Source: Eledone cirrhosa
Lineage: Eukaryota
Reading direction: 5' to 3'
Assembly (NCBI GenBank): GCA_964016885.1
Contig: OZ024740.1
Coordinates: forward strand, 193,750,001 to 193,814,000
Length of the DNA stretch: 64,000 nucleotides
Shown here: piece by piece, positions 28,458 through 41,791 of the stretch
Position numbering within the stretch: position 1 is the first letter of the stretch
How the letters are laid out: each line of letters begins with the position of its first letter
The notes under the pieces: generated by a model
Seen by the model: only the letters and a program-made list of their open reading frames with translations
Told to the model about the DNA's origin: nothing
Databases searched by the model: none
Translations under genes and position numbers: made by a program

Positions 28458-29125
28458 TGAAGCCCGACGGCTGAATTCTTGCCGTTTTGACAGCTAGTTC
28501 CACACTTTTGAGAAATAGACTTGCAGTGGATTGCTCATTTCATCAGGGCATGTCTTAGTTGATTAAGGTATAGGTAAAATAATCGGTTTTTCAGATTAGG
28601 GCATAAGCTGTCCATATAAGGGTAAAAATAGTTTAGAGGATGTCAAAGAAACATTTTAGATCGTAGGTTGTGTTATTATCGCGGACGACCTATAAGTGGC
28701 TGTATATTGTTGCATTTCTCTGGGAAGTGTTTCTAATGCAGTGATGGTGGTGTTTTTAAATTCGCAGGCGGTTAATCCGATGTATGCTCTGTTGTAGTGT
28801 TAGGTTGTGACGGTGCACTTGTACACAATAACACGTTCTCTTGTCGTCATTTGGTGTTCAGGGACAATTGTTTTTGTCCCTGGAATTACATGGTCTGGTT
28901 TTATCATCGCTAGGATCTTATAGATTTCCATTTGCCGTGTTGGAGGAAGCAATGATTTATGTGAATTTTGATGTTGTGTTGTAAGAATGTTTGATTGTGA
29001 TCCAGTTATATATGTTGTGATAGTGATGGTGTGGTGTGAAGTGTTTGTTCAGAATTTTGAAGAAGATATTCCCGACCGGTGAGGTGACGGCTGCTTTGTG
29101 TGGAGGATTAAACCAGCGGATGCTT
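28458..29125 (-). mobile_element. Penelope-like element 3' fragment with decayed terminal HHR
   Basis: WFNPPHK...GNIFFKILNKHF; IVYKCTVTT*HYNRAYIGLT. HHR-like CTGATGA(28546-28540)...aAAACGGC-loop-GCCGT C. Confidence 0.78.
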
Positions 29126-29708
29126 GTATCACAAGTATCGAGTATTCTTTTGAATAATGGTCTAACTAGGTTAATATATACTAGTATATATTTATTTACA
29201 TGTGAGTGCGTTTTGTGTCTCAGTTTAAATCGGTTGAGAAGCTTGACGGCTTGAGAGTGCTATTTTTAGCATTCCTCCTAACTTCAACTGCCCAAGGCTG
29301 TAGCAGTTCATGCCAGGTTACCAAATATTCAATATGAGAGTTTGTGTTCCAACGCAAACTTAATTACGGACAGTTAATATATTGTATAATTAATTAATTA
29401 ATTAATTAATTATGCTTGATTCATTAACGAAAGTTCAAATCTTAACATTAATTATTTAATTGTTGTGATCATTGACTATTTATTAGAACTACATATTGCT
29501 TTGATAAACGTACGTATATTTCATTGTTCTAATTGATTATATGCTTTATATGTTTTCTCTGCAATATATTGAAAATGGTGTCGCTATAAGACCATCAATG
29601 TGTGTACCATCTGGTTTTAGCTGAAATTTTCCATGGAGTATTTATCGGTCTACAAACCAATCATTTTCTATATCGATATTTGCATTGTATACATACATAC
29701 AGGCATAT

Positions 29709-29764
<56 letters not shown>

Positions 29765-29774
29765 ACACACGTAC

Positions 29775-30048
<274 letters not shown>

Positions 30049-31050
30049 AACTAACTCGTCCTATGAAGATTTATGGCTGTAGGTACATTTTATCTTATTA
30101 TATTACAAGTTGTAAAAATATAAATATCGATATAGATAAATAAATATATAAATATAAATATTATTAGTGATTATATGCTGTTATTTTTTATAGATATATA
30201 ATGCACGTGATCATTTGTTTACATTTCTCATATAAAATTACGAAGGATGTTGAGGTTACATTTAAATATATAGTAAAGAAAACATTCTGGATTGATATTC
30301 CACCACTTCATGAAACTTTTAATTTTTAACGTTTTACAGAAAAACTGATGATTTGGTTAAGCATGCATTGTATTTAAAATTGAGTGACACAACTTCAAGT
30401 GATTAGCAATTAATCAATGAAACAATTGTTAATCCTGTAAATAAAACCCTTTTTGTACTGTTGGCCATGTTATTATTCACTCTTTCACTATTATTACTCC
30501 AAGATTAACTTGCATAGTAATTCCCGAGGACTCATAAACTCGCTACCTAAGGAAAGATCTTGTTGAGTCAACCAACGCCGTACGCTAAGACTATCCACAA
30601 TACGGAGTATTCACAACCTCTAAGTGGATTAGCTATAACTATTATTTATTATCCCATATATATATATTTATATATATATATGTATTTATATTAATAATAA
30701 AAAAAAGATGATTGGTATGTCTCCATTACGTTTATTATGTAGTGACACGCCTTTAGCTATTGATCAGCTCACGGTTCGATCTGTATCCATCTATCCCGAT
30801 TGTGGAATTAAAAGCTCGTCGGACTTCTGTTGTGGTATTACCAATTATAATAGATACGAAACATGTTAAAGAAAATAAATTCCTAAGCTCTTTCACGCCG
30901 AGGTTTTAATTTTTTGGTGCAATACTTGCTTAAATATATATATATATATGTATATATATATGTATGTGCGTGTGTGTATGTGTGTGTGTCTGTGTGTACT
31001 ATATATATATATATATATATGTGCGTGTGTGTATGTGTGTGTGTCTGTGT

Positions 31051-31092
<42 letters not shown>

Positions 31093-31679
31093 TACACGCG
31101 TGTTTATGATTGTGTATAGAAGATTATTTTAATAAAAGGATTTCCAACTTTGTCTGATTTACTCATTTTATTTACAATCCTTTAAAATTATAATGATATT
31201 ATAATGAAATAGCATGGTAGAATATTAAATTTAAAATCTTAATTGAACAAGTACTTTCATGCTTTCGCAATTTCTGGTTCATATTCAGTGGTGACAGACA
31301 AGTTGACAATGTTCAACTGTAATGAAATGTCTAAAAACTGTTCCTTATATACAGTAAAAGGAGCTACAGAATGCTAAATTTTGCAAACTGTATTTCGACC
31401 AATCGATGTGTGGTTTCACTAAAGCTGATTGGTTTAGGTGTCACGGTTGTTTGAGCATGTCTAACGACTTCTTTTTTACCCTATCCAAAGCATCAATTGT
31501 TTTGCTATTTTTAGAAATGATGAAAATAGCATGTTCTAGGTTGTTTTTTTTAATCTTCAGTAAACATCAACATCAACATCACTTTTATTATTATTATTTT
31601 TGTTGTTGTTGTTAGTGGTGGTAGCCGACATGGTCGTAGGCGTAGTCATAGTAGAAGTAATACCATTAAGCATTATTAT

Positions 31680-32360
31680 TTATTTAGCTTGGGTTGGGAT
31701 TTATCAATAAAATTCTTTTCTTTAATTTTTCTCTTGATTTCACTTGGGTTGTGCCGTTTGTAGAATGGAAATATTATAAATATTTTTCTGACTACATGTT
31801 GCTAGATGGTTACTCAGGGGTATCTGACGGACATTGGGGTCTCTGATTTGCTGTCGGTGCACCCGTACAAGTTCCGATAGTGCAATTCCAGTTTGACGGA
31901 CATGTAGTTCTTCACAATTCGGGCATTTAATGCAGTAAATTAGATTTCTGCTTTTGCAGTTCATATTTGGATTTGGGAATATTTTTACTGTTTTTGTGTT
32001 CATATATTGACCAGTATGTATAAAATGACATGTGCCTCATCGACTATCATTGCATTTAGATACAGTGAATGATTGGTCTTTGTTGTTAAGGTCAAACTTT
32101 TCCTTTGTAGTAATTGCTTCAAATATTTCGGCTGTCTTTTACTAAGAATCAAAGCTCGGTCTGTGATTAAACCTTTTAATTCATTACTTCGAGCAATGGT
32201 CGGTAGGTTTGCTTTGGCAGTGTTGAAGATATTCAAGTGACATGGATTGTGTGTCATTATAAATGGTATGACCAGTTCTTGGTTTCTTCTTCCTTCGGTT
32301 GTCCTAAGTTGTTGTATAGGTATTTTTATAGCCCACTGTATGGCATTTTATTCCTCTTCG
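31680..32360 (-). mobile_element. Penelope-like element 3' fragment (GIY-YIG)
   Basis: ORF 31740-32003: NCKSRNLIYCIKCPNCEELHVRQTGIALSELVRVHRQQI...LSNHL. Linker LILSKRQPKYLKQLL. Confidence 0.85.
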
Positions 32361-32375
32361 TGATCTTCTTCTTGT

Positions 32376-32398
32376 ACTTGTTGTTGTTGTTGTTGTTT

Positions 32399-32433
<35 letters not shown>

Positions 32434-32436
32434 CTT

Positions 32437-32467
<31 letters not shown>

Positions 32468-32850
32468 AGAAAGTCGTGGGGTCAGAGTCTTCAAAGACTC
32501 CTGCCAGAAGCAGCCATCTTTAACTTATCCGGCTGAATCCCTATGCCAGACTAGCCAAGCTCATGGATGTTATCCTACCATCTTGCTTGGGATCTACCCT
32601 TGGGTCTCCTGCCAGTAGGTTTTGTGCGTAAAATCTGTCCAGTGATTCTTTCTTGAGGCATTCTAACAACATGCCTATTGTATCGGAACGGTGATCTATC
32701 AATTCGGAAAGGTCGCGGCCCAACCTGAAATGACGCTTTGATATCCGACCTACGCATTCTATCGAATTAGGAGGAGCCCAATTTCGGCCAAATGTTTTCG
32801 CGATCGTAATCTTCCCGTCATTACACAAGATTCATGACCAAACTTGAGAA
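32376..32850 (-). mobile_element. RTE-clade LINE 3' end with (GAA)n(CAA)n tail
   Basis: RYNRHVVRMPQERITGQILRTKPTGRRPKGRSQARW matches the RTE C-terminal motif. Simple-repeat tail at 32376-32465. Confidence 0.8.
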
Positions 32851-33239
32851 TTGTCTAGTGATGTGTGGGTCCCCCTCTAATTCTATATTGAAAGAATAGT
32901 GGGTTTGATAAATATTCCTTATGTTAAACATTTATTGCCGTGTCTGTAATATTACTCCGCAAATTGAGAGATCGTGTAAATATTATATATGTTAATTATT
33001 TACTTATTAACTAATATGAAAACAATATATGTTGCATATAGAGTGTATCGAGCTAATCCAGAAGCCCCCCTACAATGCTAAATTTACCTGCAAATTTTCG
33101 ATACAATGACAACCTACATGTGGACAAAGCAGGCGTAAAACGTTGTAGCAGAGAGAGTAAAGGCCTCAAAACGTAACACATCAGCTCAGCAAATAAATTG
33201 TTTTGGCAGACCATCTGCCTATTTTGTAATGACGTCTCC

Positions 33240-34050
33240 TCCACACCTGCTGTCAGGAACGCGTCTGGGCTTCTGTGTTTAGAGAGGCGCAGCCTCTGAC
33301 GGACACGAGCTGCATCTGGGAGCGGTGATTAATCTCTCGGAAGCTGAGGTAAAAGATCAATTAAAGAATGTAAATGCGGCAAGGCATCGTGGGAGGATGA
33401 AATCCGCCCCTAGAAGGTTAAAAGCTTTAAATAGAGAAAGTATTATCTGACTGACTCGTGTGTGCCGGGTTGCCTGGATCTTTATGAAGACCCCTAAGCA
33501 ATGACAATCGTAAGTAATAATCCCAATTTTCAAAATAGGAAAACAAGACAGATTGTTATGCCTCCACGGTAAAGTCTATGCAAAATGCCTGGCAGAGGAA
33601 TGTAGAGCTATTGTCGAATCCAAGCTACGTGGCGAACAGTGTGGTGTATGCCCTGGACGCAACACAGTCAACCAAATATTCACACTGCGGCAAGTCTTTG
33701 CGAAATCACGGAAGCACTACCAAGAGGTTTATGCTTCCTTGGTAAACCTCGAAAACGCATACGACCGCGATCCTCGGGATCTACTGTTGAAGCTTCTGGA
33801 GAATTTTGCGATCGATGGACAGCTTGTCCGCTATATGTATGGATTTGTAGTATCGTTCGCATAAATGCTGCTCAATCAAAATCATTCAATCTGGGTGTCG
33901 GATTCTATAGGTACGAAAGCCAAAGTCGTTATCTTACGCCAATTCTCAAGAAGAAGAAGAAGAAGAAGAAGAAGAAGAAGAAGAAGAAGAAGAAGAAGAA
34001 GAAGAAGAAGAAGAAGAAGAAGAAGAAGAAGAAGAAGAAGAAGAAGAAGA
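33240..34050 (+). mobile_element. RTE-clade LINE RT fragment followed by (AAG)n
   Basis: GKVYAKCL...EQCGVCPGRNTVNQIFTLRQVFAKS...VNLENAYDR matches RTE RT domains 1-3. (AAG)n at 33948-34050. Confidence 0.85.
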
Positions 34051-36959
34051 TTTTTTTAGATATATGTTCATGTATTTTACACAAGTCTAAAATTTGGAAA
34101 AGAAATGTTCTCACATGTAAGAGGATATATAGATGTTATACGTGGTAAGAGTGAAAATCATGTCTGCCCGATTCAACATGGATGCAGTCACTACAAATAT
34201 GTGTCTTGTGAAGAGAATCCAATTATCTTTTCTACTCAACCAAGGCTATCTGGTGTTTCGTACAAATATGTTAATGACATCGATGAATTCAGTCACATAG
34301 CTCACTGCATCGATCATTACATGAAAGTATCATAAAGAAATGTTTTACCGTGTTCTTTAATGATATTGTTTTTATCTAGCTGGTCATTTCACTCTATTGT
34401 TTTTTTTAGGTAAACATGTAGATTACAAATAGAATAATCACAAATAGTTAAGAGAGAAAGAAGAGATGTGAATAAAGGGTTGGGTGTAGGAAGGAAAATA
34501 TGGAACAAATAAAACGAGGAGAAAAGTGAGAATGATTGTTACAAGGCAACAGCAAGATGAAAATGAAATATAAGAAGTGAAATCTTAAAGAATTTGTAGA
34601 CCGTGGCAAGCATGATCGGTCATTGGCCAATGGAAGTACAGCAAATGACGCAGAAGGAAAAATAAGGAAAGAAACGAAGAGATAAACCAGTATGTAGAAC
34701 AAAAATGGAAATATAGCTTTTAAATGTAAGAATAAAAACAACGAAGAATAAGTAGGAAGTAGCATAGCAACAGTTTTACCAAAAGAGAGAGAGAGATAGA
34801 GAGAGAGAAAGAGAGAGAGTGCATCATATATCTCACCATATATTATATTTAATTATCTATATTATCACAGTCTCTGATGAAATATAAATATCTTTTAATG
34901 CCATGAAGCTCTAACATAATACGCTTTTTATCTTATTTCTTGCTGCTTAGTTCTTGATTGACTTACTGCCATACACTCATTTTCTAAACAATGCCATCAC
35001 CATCACTAAATGTACTATCGATGATCAATACTAGTTACATTCGATCAGTTATTTTCAGGTCCCGAAAAAACTGAGCAAGCTATGCATATCAGTTTAGCTG
35101 CGATACATAGAGAGAAATTTGAACTGTTAACATATATGTCGGTACAACAACGAATTATGTGAAGGGTTACGTTTAGCATTTGTGTAAATTAAAATACCAT
35201 ATGATATACGATACACATTTGATTCACATTTTCACTTGCTATATCTGGGTGTTTAGAAATATAGGCATTATACTAAGTTACAACTGTTAGTCCAGGGCTG
35301 TTTATTCGTCAGGCGGTAGTCCGCTTATATCGCAACTACCCATCATGTTTGGTGCCCACTACCTGTAACCCGTTCTCTAGCTGTACAGCTCTATCGAGAA
35401 TAGTAGCTTTATCAGTGGCTTAGAGCAAGGTATAAAGACAGTGGAGATCTTCGTCTGAAGCTCATTCTCGGTCAGGATCTTCACTAAGGGGGTATTACTA
35501 GTAAAATTCTATTAAATTTAATTCCATTTCTCAGTATAATTATTTACACTAATCAATATAAAAATATATATATTGTAATCTTTTATTACAAATGCAATTT
35601 TCAAAATAGGTACATTTTCACTTCTATGTTAAGCTTAGGTATAACCTGAATTATTAAAACACTATTCAGCAATGCATCTAGACTAATCTAGTTTCCATTA
35701 GAAACGAACAAATTTGGTAGTAACCGAATGTCTATCCTTAAATTGTGCATGGACGTGCACATAAGTATAAGTTTCTTCCATTCAGTCAGAGCTAAAGAAG
35801 AGGCTTTGATCAATTCCCACGTACGAAATTTATGACACCTTAATTACTAGACATTAGAACAGCAAAATGATAAAATTGTTTTCAAGCTCAAACATGTACT
35901 TTTTATAAATGCATCCATTATCTTGTCGATACAAATCTTTAAATTTCAGTTCAGATTTAAATTGTGCGATTCAAGCAACATTCGCATTACAACTAAAATT
36001 AAAAACACTTTATATGAAACATCTAATGAAAAGAAAATTCTTATTCTTTTCACTTTCACTTTTATTAGTTTAACTCTATAATTATTGCGTACCGTATGGG
36101 ATTAATCAAATGAAGTTGGGAAAAGAAATAACAAGAAACCAATTCTTGGCCAGTCGCATGTACGAAACATAATTTAATAAAAATATCAAATCAGCTGATC
36201 TACCTGAAATCGTCGTCAGCAAAGTCATGTGTAGACTAGGTAAGATCTATCAGATTCATACCCAAGTAATGAATTGTAATTTGAAAATCACAAATGCATT
36301 GTGTTAAAACGAAAAACAAATTTACATCCATACCAGCTAAGGAAGCTTTGAAAGTTGTTTTTTCCGGCCTAACTCCTTCAGTCAGGATGCATAGCTAGAA
36401 ACAGGTTGGCTACTCAAAGAAATATTCATTCGTCTGAGTTCAAACATCTCAATCATCAGCCAAAGGTCACTAGATATAAAGTTAATTGAAGGGTGATTGC
36501 TACACAATAATATATTTAAGCTCAATATGTTTATAGAAAAGTGTCATTTAAGAGCCGAGCCAAAAGTGACGTATATAACACCGAAAATATACAATAAATT
36601 GTGATGACAGGTAGGTTTCGTATACAATATTTAATTCTTTACAATTTTTCCAATACATCGCACATGAAAATACGAAGCCGGGATAAGTAAAATAAAAATA
36701 TAAAAGAATAAAATTATAAACGAATAAAAAATATATGTATATTGATTGATAGATTTCTTCAGAAGCATATTAAAAAAAACCATAGTTATCGTTAAGTACA
36801 GAAAAGTTGAGATATGTTTCTTGATTGAACAGATTGAAGCATTTAATGTTTAAGAACTTCTGATTTAGTTGTAAATATTTATATGCCAAATTTAAATGGA
36901 AACAACAAAGGAAACAACACAGCACAATGAAGAAATATGTTAGTTTAACGTTTAATATT

Positions 36960-37065
36960 GCAGTAAAGGAGTCTTAATATTTCGGACACTAGTCCTACAT
37001 CAGAAAATAGAATAAGAAATACAATATGAAATAGAGAGATAGAGAATGAGACGGGAAGGAACGGG
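36960..37065 (-). mobile_element. PLE 3'-terminal fragment with HHR variant
   Basis: Minus strand CTGATGT A GGAC-TAGT-GTCC GAA ATAT T AAGA (37003-36972). Same family as 25200-25375. Confidence 0.7.
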
Positions 37066-37387
37066 ACAATATTGTCTTGAGAAAAGAGCACGCGTATATT
37101 CAGTCAGCCATTTTGTGTATGTGTATGCATATATTATACGCTTAGACATGTTATATGTGCGTCTTCTTGCGCATATATATATGTGCGTGTGTGTGTTTGT
37201 TTGTGCGTGTGTTTGTGTGAGTTTGTGTATGTGTGATGGATGAGATTTTAGTTTTTTTCTGAGCAGCGGACTTGCTTGGGAAGGGGTCTGTAGCATTTAT
37301 ATGGATCCTGAGGCACACATCTTTGAAAATGTGTGCAGAACCAATAAAAACGTTAATGTGAAACATCATTTTCCTTTTAATATTATA

Positions 37388-38120
37388 CACTCTGACCGAC
37401 AGATTTACTGAACACCCTCAGCACATCCGGATCGGCAACCCGACTCCGAACTCCCGACATTTTCGAGCTGCTTGCCACTCCACACGTCACCTCAGTGCCT
37501 TTGGGCTCGCAAATTGTACCGGACCTTCTGGCTCGCGTTGGCGTAGAGAACAGCAATGTATGTTTTCCTTACAAACCATTCTTCTCCCTAATCTTAATGC
37601 TCCACTCATCTTCCTTTAAGCATACTTCCTTTATCCTATGGCACAAACTTTTTAATGCACGCACACTTACATACACATCTCGCGGATATACGTTAACACT
37701 GCCATAGACTTTACACACACACACAAAATAACTTCAACGCACATATACAGTACACACATCCAAACTTACATTCACTCACACATACATGTCCACTACAACA
37801 TAACACACGGATATACACATAACACACATTAACTTTAATACTTTACACAGTATATGCTAAAAAAACACAAACGTTTAAACATACACTTACACATAATATC
37901 GACACTAATGCACACACATTTCGCTTTGTGTTCTAACGGTCTTGTTTACACACTTTATTTTCGAATTTTTTCCTTTACTTGGACTACCTTTATTTTCTGT
38001 ATTTCCTTTGTGATCCTGTCTCTATTTTCGTTCTCCTGAAGAAGGGCTAAAACCCGACACGTTGAAATTTGTTACCTCTTTCCCATATAATGCGTGACAC
38101 TGGAAAGAGTATTTGTACCT
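37388..38120 (+). mobile_element. Penelope-like element 3' fragment on the + strand
   Basis: TLTDRFTEHPQHIRIG...RHF...HSTRHLSAFGL...REQQCMFSLQT...LN is homologous to the 7000-7230 endonuclease tail. HHR variant CTGAAGA AGGGCTAAAACCC GACACGTT at 38036-38063. Confidence 0.78.
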
Positions 38121-38235
38121 CTGTTTATCTCCTTAAACTATATATATATATGTGTGTAACGAAGGAGGTGTGGTAAGGAACCAGATGGACCATAACGCAC
38201 CAGAGTACTCAATACTTAGGGTAGTAGAATGGGTA

Positions 38236-38316
38236 ATAGGAAAATGTTTGACCCCGACGGCATAGCTCAAGCCGTCGAAATGACTTGAGCTCTGCCGTAG
38301 GGGTCAAACATTTTCC

Positions 38317-38319
<3 letters not shown>
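38236..38319. repeat. ~84-bp imperfect palindrome, beside a ~67-bp direct repeat (38170-38236 / 38550-38615)
   Basis: ATAGGAAAATGTTTGACCCC...GGGGTCAAACATTTTCCTAT. Confidence 0.88.
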
Positions 38320-38379
<60 letters not shown>

Positions 38380-38391
38380 CAGACACATATA

Positions 38392-38458
<67 letters not shown>

Positions 38459-38498
38459 CAACGGAAATGTGGTAAATATATACACACACACACATATA

Positions 38499-38539
<41 letters not shown>

Positions 38540-39095
38540 CAACGGAAATGTGGTAACGAACTAGGTAGACCATAATGCACCAAAGTACTCGATACTTAGG
38601 GGAATAGAGTGGGTAAAACGAAAAGAGTCAGGACACCGACGGCTGAGCTCCGGCTGTTTCGACAGCTAGATCTGAACTAACGCAGTAGTGTTAGGACGGT
38701 AGTAATATTAGCTGAACTTATCAAGGGGTACATTCCATATATGAGCATGTAATGAAACCATAGCAGTAGTATCATATCAAAAAATTCAAAAAATTGTTGT
38801 TTTTCTTTTCTGTCACGGGGAGTGGTCACATTTTGTATACCTAGTTAAATTCGTTCATAGCGGCGCGTCGGATGAGTCGGCTGAACTTGCCTGTAGAACA
38901 AAGGGGAGGGAGTAATATGAAAATGTGACTTGTGGATGCCAGGCTGGTCATGCGTTAAGAGAGAATGTTTACAGCTATCTCTAAAGGGGGTAAGAACCTA
39001 TGATAAATATTGGATAGAAAGCAAAGCAATTATAATGTAATACTAAATTCCTAATTAATAAAATTTAGTTATTAGTTACTCTAATACACTAGAAC

Positions 39096-39652
39096 AGCAC
39101 CTCAAAGTAGTGATCTGTGAATTGGCAGTATCAGTAGAGAGTCTGACGCCATGCTTTCCAGCATAGTCACGTCTCTTTACGGTCTGAGTTCAAATCCCGC
39201 CGAGGTTAACTTTGCCTTTCATCCGTACGAGGTCGATAAAATAAAGTACCAGTAATGCACTAGGTCTTTGATGGCCTTGTTCCAAAAGTAGAAACAATTA
39301 TCTTCCATATTGATACATACCCCACGTAGCACCTATTCTTTTTGTTGAAACGATATACAAAATTGTGTAGACAATATTCTACTGAAACTTTGAAAGGTTT
39401 CGTTTCAACAAAATGAATAGGTGCTACGTGGGTGGGTGGGGTGGGTTTTGTATCATTATGGAAGATAATTGTTGCTACTTTTGGGCCAAGGCCAGCAATT
39501 AACCACTGCATTACTGGTACTTTATTTTATCGACCCCGAAAGGCAAAGTTAAACTCGGCGGGATTTGAACTCAGAATGGCAAAGCCGTAACTCTATACGT
39601 CAAAGTATGGCGTCCGACCCTCTACCGATTTAAATTACTACTTTGAGGTGCT
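39096..39652. repeat. Inverted duplication containing two tail-to-tail SINE copies (39118-39300 +, 39467-39630 -)
   Basis: Non-SINE flanks are also inverted: AGCACCTCAAAGTAGT / ACTACTTTGAGGTGCT outside, CCCACGTAGCACCTATTC / GAATAGGTGCTACGTGGG inside. Confidence 0.88.
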
Positions 39653-40169
39653 ACAGTGTAAACAACTCGTAAATGTTGACTTGTGGTGTCAGATTATGTG
39701 TATGTAAGTATTCATTTATATCTTATTACATTCCACTAGCTCCCTTTATTATAACATGTATTTGCTTTTTAAAATATTATCTTCAGAACATCAAATTGTT
39801 CGTATTCCCCCAACTCACTAAGTTAACTAATATATACTTTTGATAGGAAAGATATTTCTGAGTATAAATAATTTTAATTAGAAAATGTCTTCATCTGGAA
39901 GTCACAACGGTTAGAAAGTTTAATAATTCAATTATATGAGCAAGAATTTCGGGGACATAGTCTATTTTATCTGCTATCAAATTTAGTTATAGTTGAAATT
40001 ATTATCATTTATTATTATCATTTATTACTTCATTCATTAGCGTTTATTAAACATTCTGAATTTTGTCAGATATCTTCAATCATTAAATATTATCATCTTG
40101 AAAATTGTACATGTTAGATTTTGGGATATGATGTTATTTAATAGTTCATTACATGAAACATATTAATGT

Positions 40170-40513
40170 GCTGGATTGGCACTATCAGTACAGCGTCGGA
40201 AAGCATGTATTGTTTCATAGAGTTATGTTCCCTTACGTTTTGAGTTTAAATCCTATCGATGCTAATCTTGACTTTCTTCCGTATTGCGTCGACAAATAAT
40301 GCACCAGTAACATACTGTGGTCGATTTAATCGACTACCTCTCCCCCCAAATCTTTAGCGTTGAGCCTAAATCAAAGCATTATGGATTGGTAGTATCGGTA
40401 GAGGGTCGGACGCCATGCTTTGACGCATAGAGTTACGGCCCTTTCCAATCTGAGTTCAAATCCCGCCGAGGTTAACTTTGCCTTTCATCCTTACGGGGTC
40501 GATAAAATAAAGA
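40170..40513 (+). mobile_element. Two tandem SINE copies (old copy 40170-40378; 3'-truncated copy 40383-40513)
   Basis: A/B boxes and core motif recognisable in both. Confidence 0.8.
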
Positions 40514-40558
40514 ACCCGTCTTCGTTTGTGTAGTTGGTGGTGGGAGTACGGAGTTAAT

Positions 40559-40944
40559 TATTACAAAATAACAGGAGGCTGGACTGGTGTAATTCCTTGA
40601 AAGGTTTATTATACTATGATCATTTCAATGAACGGGTTCAGTATGAATCCGGTGACATCATCATTTAATTCAAAATATAACGAAGGAATATAACGGATAA
40701 AGATCCATGGTTTTGAAAATCAGAGACAGGAGGGCGGCCGACGGAGGTAGAAGCTGCTAAATTGCCGGCCACCGTCCTGTCTCTGAATTTCAAAATGGAT
40801 CTTTATCTGTTATATTCCTTCGTTATATTTTGAATTACCTGATGATGTCACCGGATGCATACTGAACCCGGTCATTGAAAGGATCATAGTATAATAAACC
40901 TTTCAAGAATTTACACCAGTACAACCTCCTGTTATTTTGTAATA
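40559..40944. repeat. Foldback, ~180-bp arms, each with an HHR-like motif
   Basis: 40559-40742 is the reverse complement of 40763-40944. The + arm reads CTGATGA(40839) TG.ACCGG...CCGGTCA T GAA AGG...CCT T. Confidence 0.9.
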
Positions 40945-41040
40945 TATATATATATATATATATACGTAGGTCCCGGGTTGAGTCGGGGATAACCACAGTA
41001 AGTAAGGTACTCAATACATGGCAGAGTAAATTTTTTTTAT

Positions 41041-41160
41041 TTTATAGAAGGAGCTTCTACAGGACTAGTACTGTTTCATTCAGATGAAATCTTCAGGAAT
41101 CTTCCTGAAGATTTCATCTGAATGAAACAGTACTAGTCCTGTAGAAGCTCCTTCTATAAA
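41041..41160. repeat. Perfect 120-bp palindrome (59-bp arms, 2-nt spacer) of two head-to-head HHRs
   Basis: Arms are exact reverse complements. Confidence 0.95.
41101..41147 (+). ncRNA. Type I hammerhead ribozyme motif
   Basis: CTTC CTGAAGA T TTCA-TC-TGAA T GAA ACAG-TACTAGTC-CTGT A GAAG: stems I-III present, GUA cleavage triplet. Confidence 0.8.
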
Positions 41161-41220
<60 letters not shown>

Positions 41221-41562
41221 ATGTGTGTGTGTGTGTGTGTGGGTGGGTGTGGGTGTGTGGGTGTGCGTGCGCGCGCGTGTGCGTGTGCATGTGTGTGTGT
41301 GTGTGTGTGTAATCCAAAAATGTACCTTAACACTTAATTTTAATCTTTCATTTTTAGTTTTTAATCCTTATTAATTCTTTATAATTTGATGTGATGAATT
41401 TTACTAATACATCGAAACCGGTAACACTTTATATACATTATAAAACCTTTTTAAAAGAATTTTCCCTCTCTTTTTTACTTTAATGCTACTTTGACGAATC
41501 AAAGAAAAGGAAAAAAAGAAAAACAGACCCTTAAATATATTTCCAGTCCTGTTTCCAATCTC

Positions 41563-41606
<44 letters not shown>

Positions 41607-41671
41607 CTCTTTATATCTCTCTCTCTCCTTCTCTCTATATATATATCCCTCTCTCCCCTCTCTCTCTCTGG

Positions 41672-41791
<120 letters not shown>

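Noticed and set aside
33948-34050. Poly-Lys/Arg/Phe ORFs
   Set aside because: (AAG)n microsatellite.
35364-35420. Minus-strand peptide ATDKATILDRAVQLENGLQ resembling bHLH helix 2
   Set aside because: Too short, weak splice donor, and no partner exon found; likely chance.
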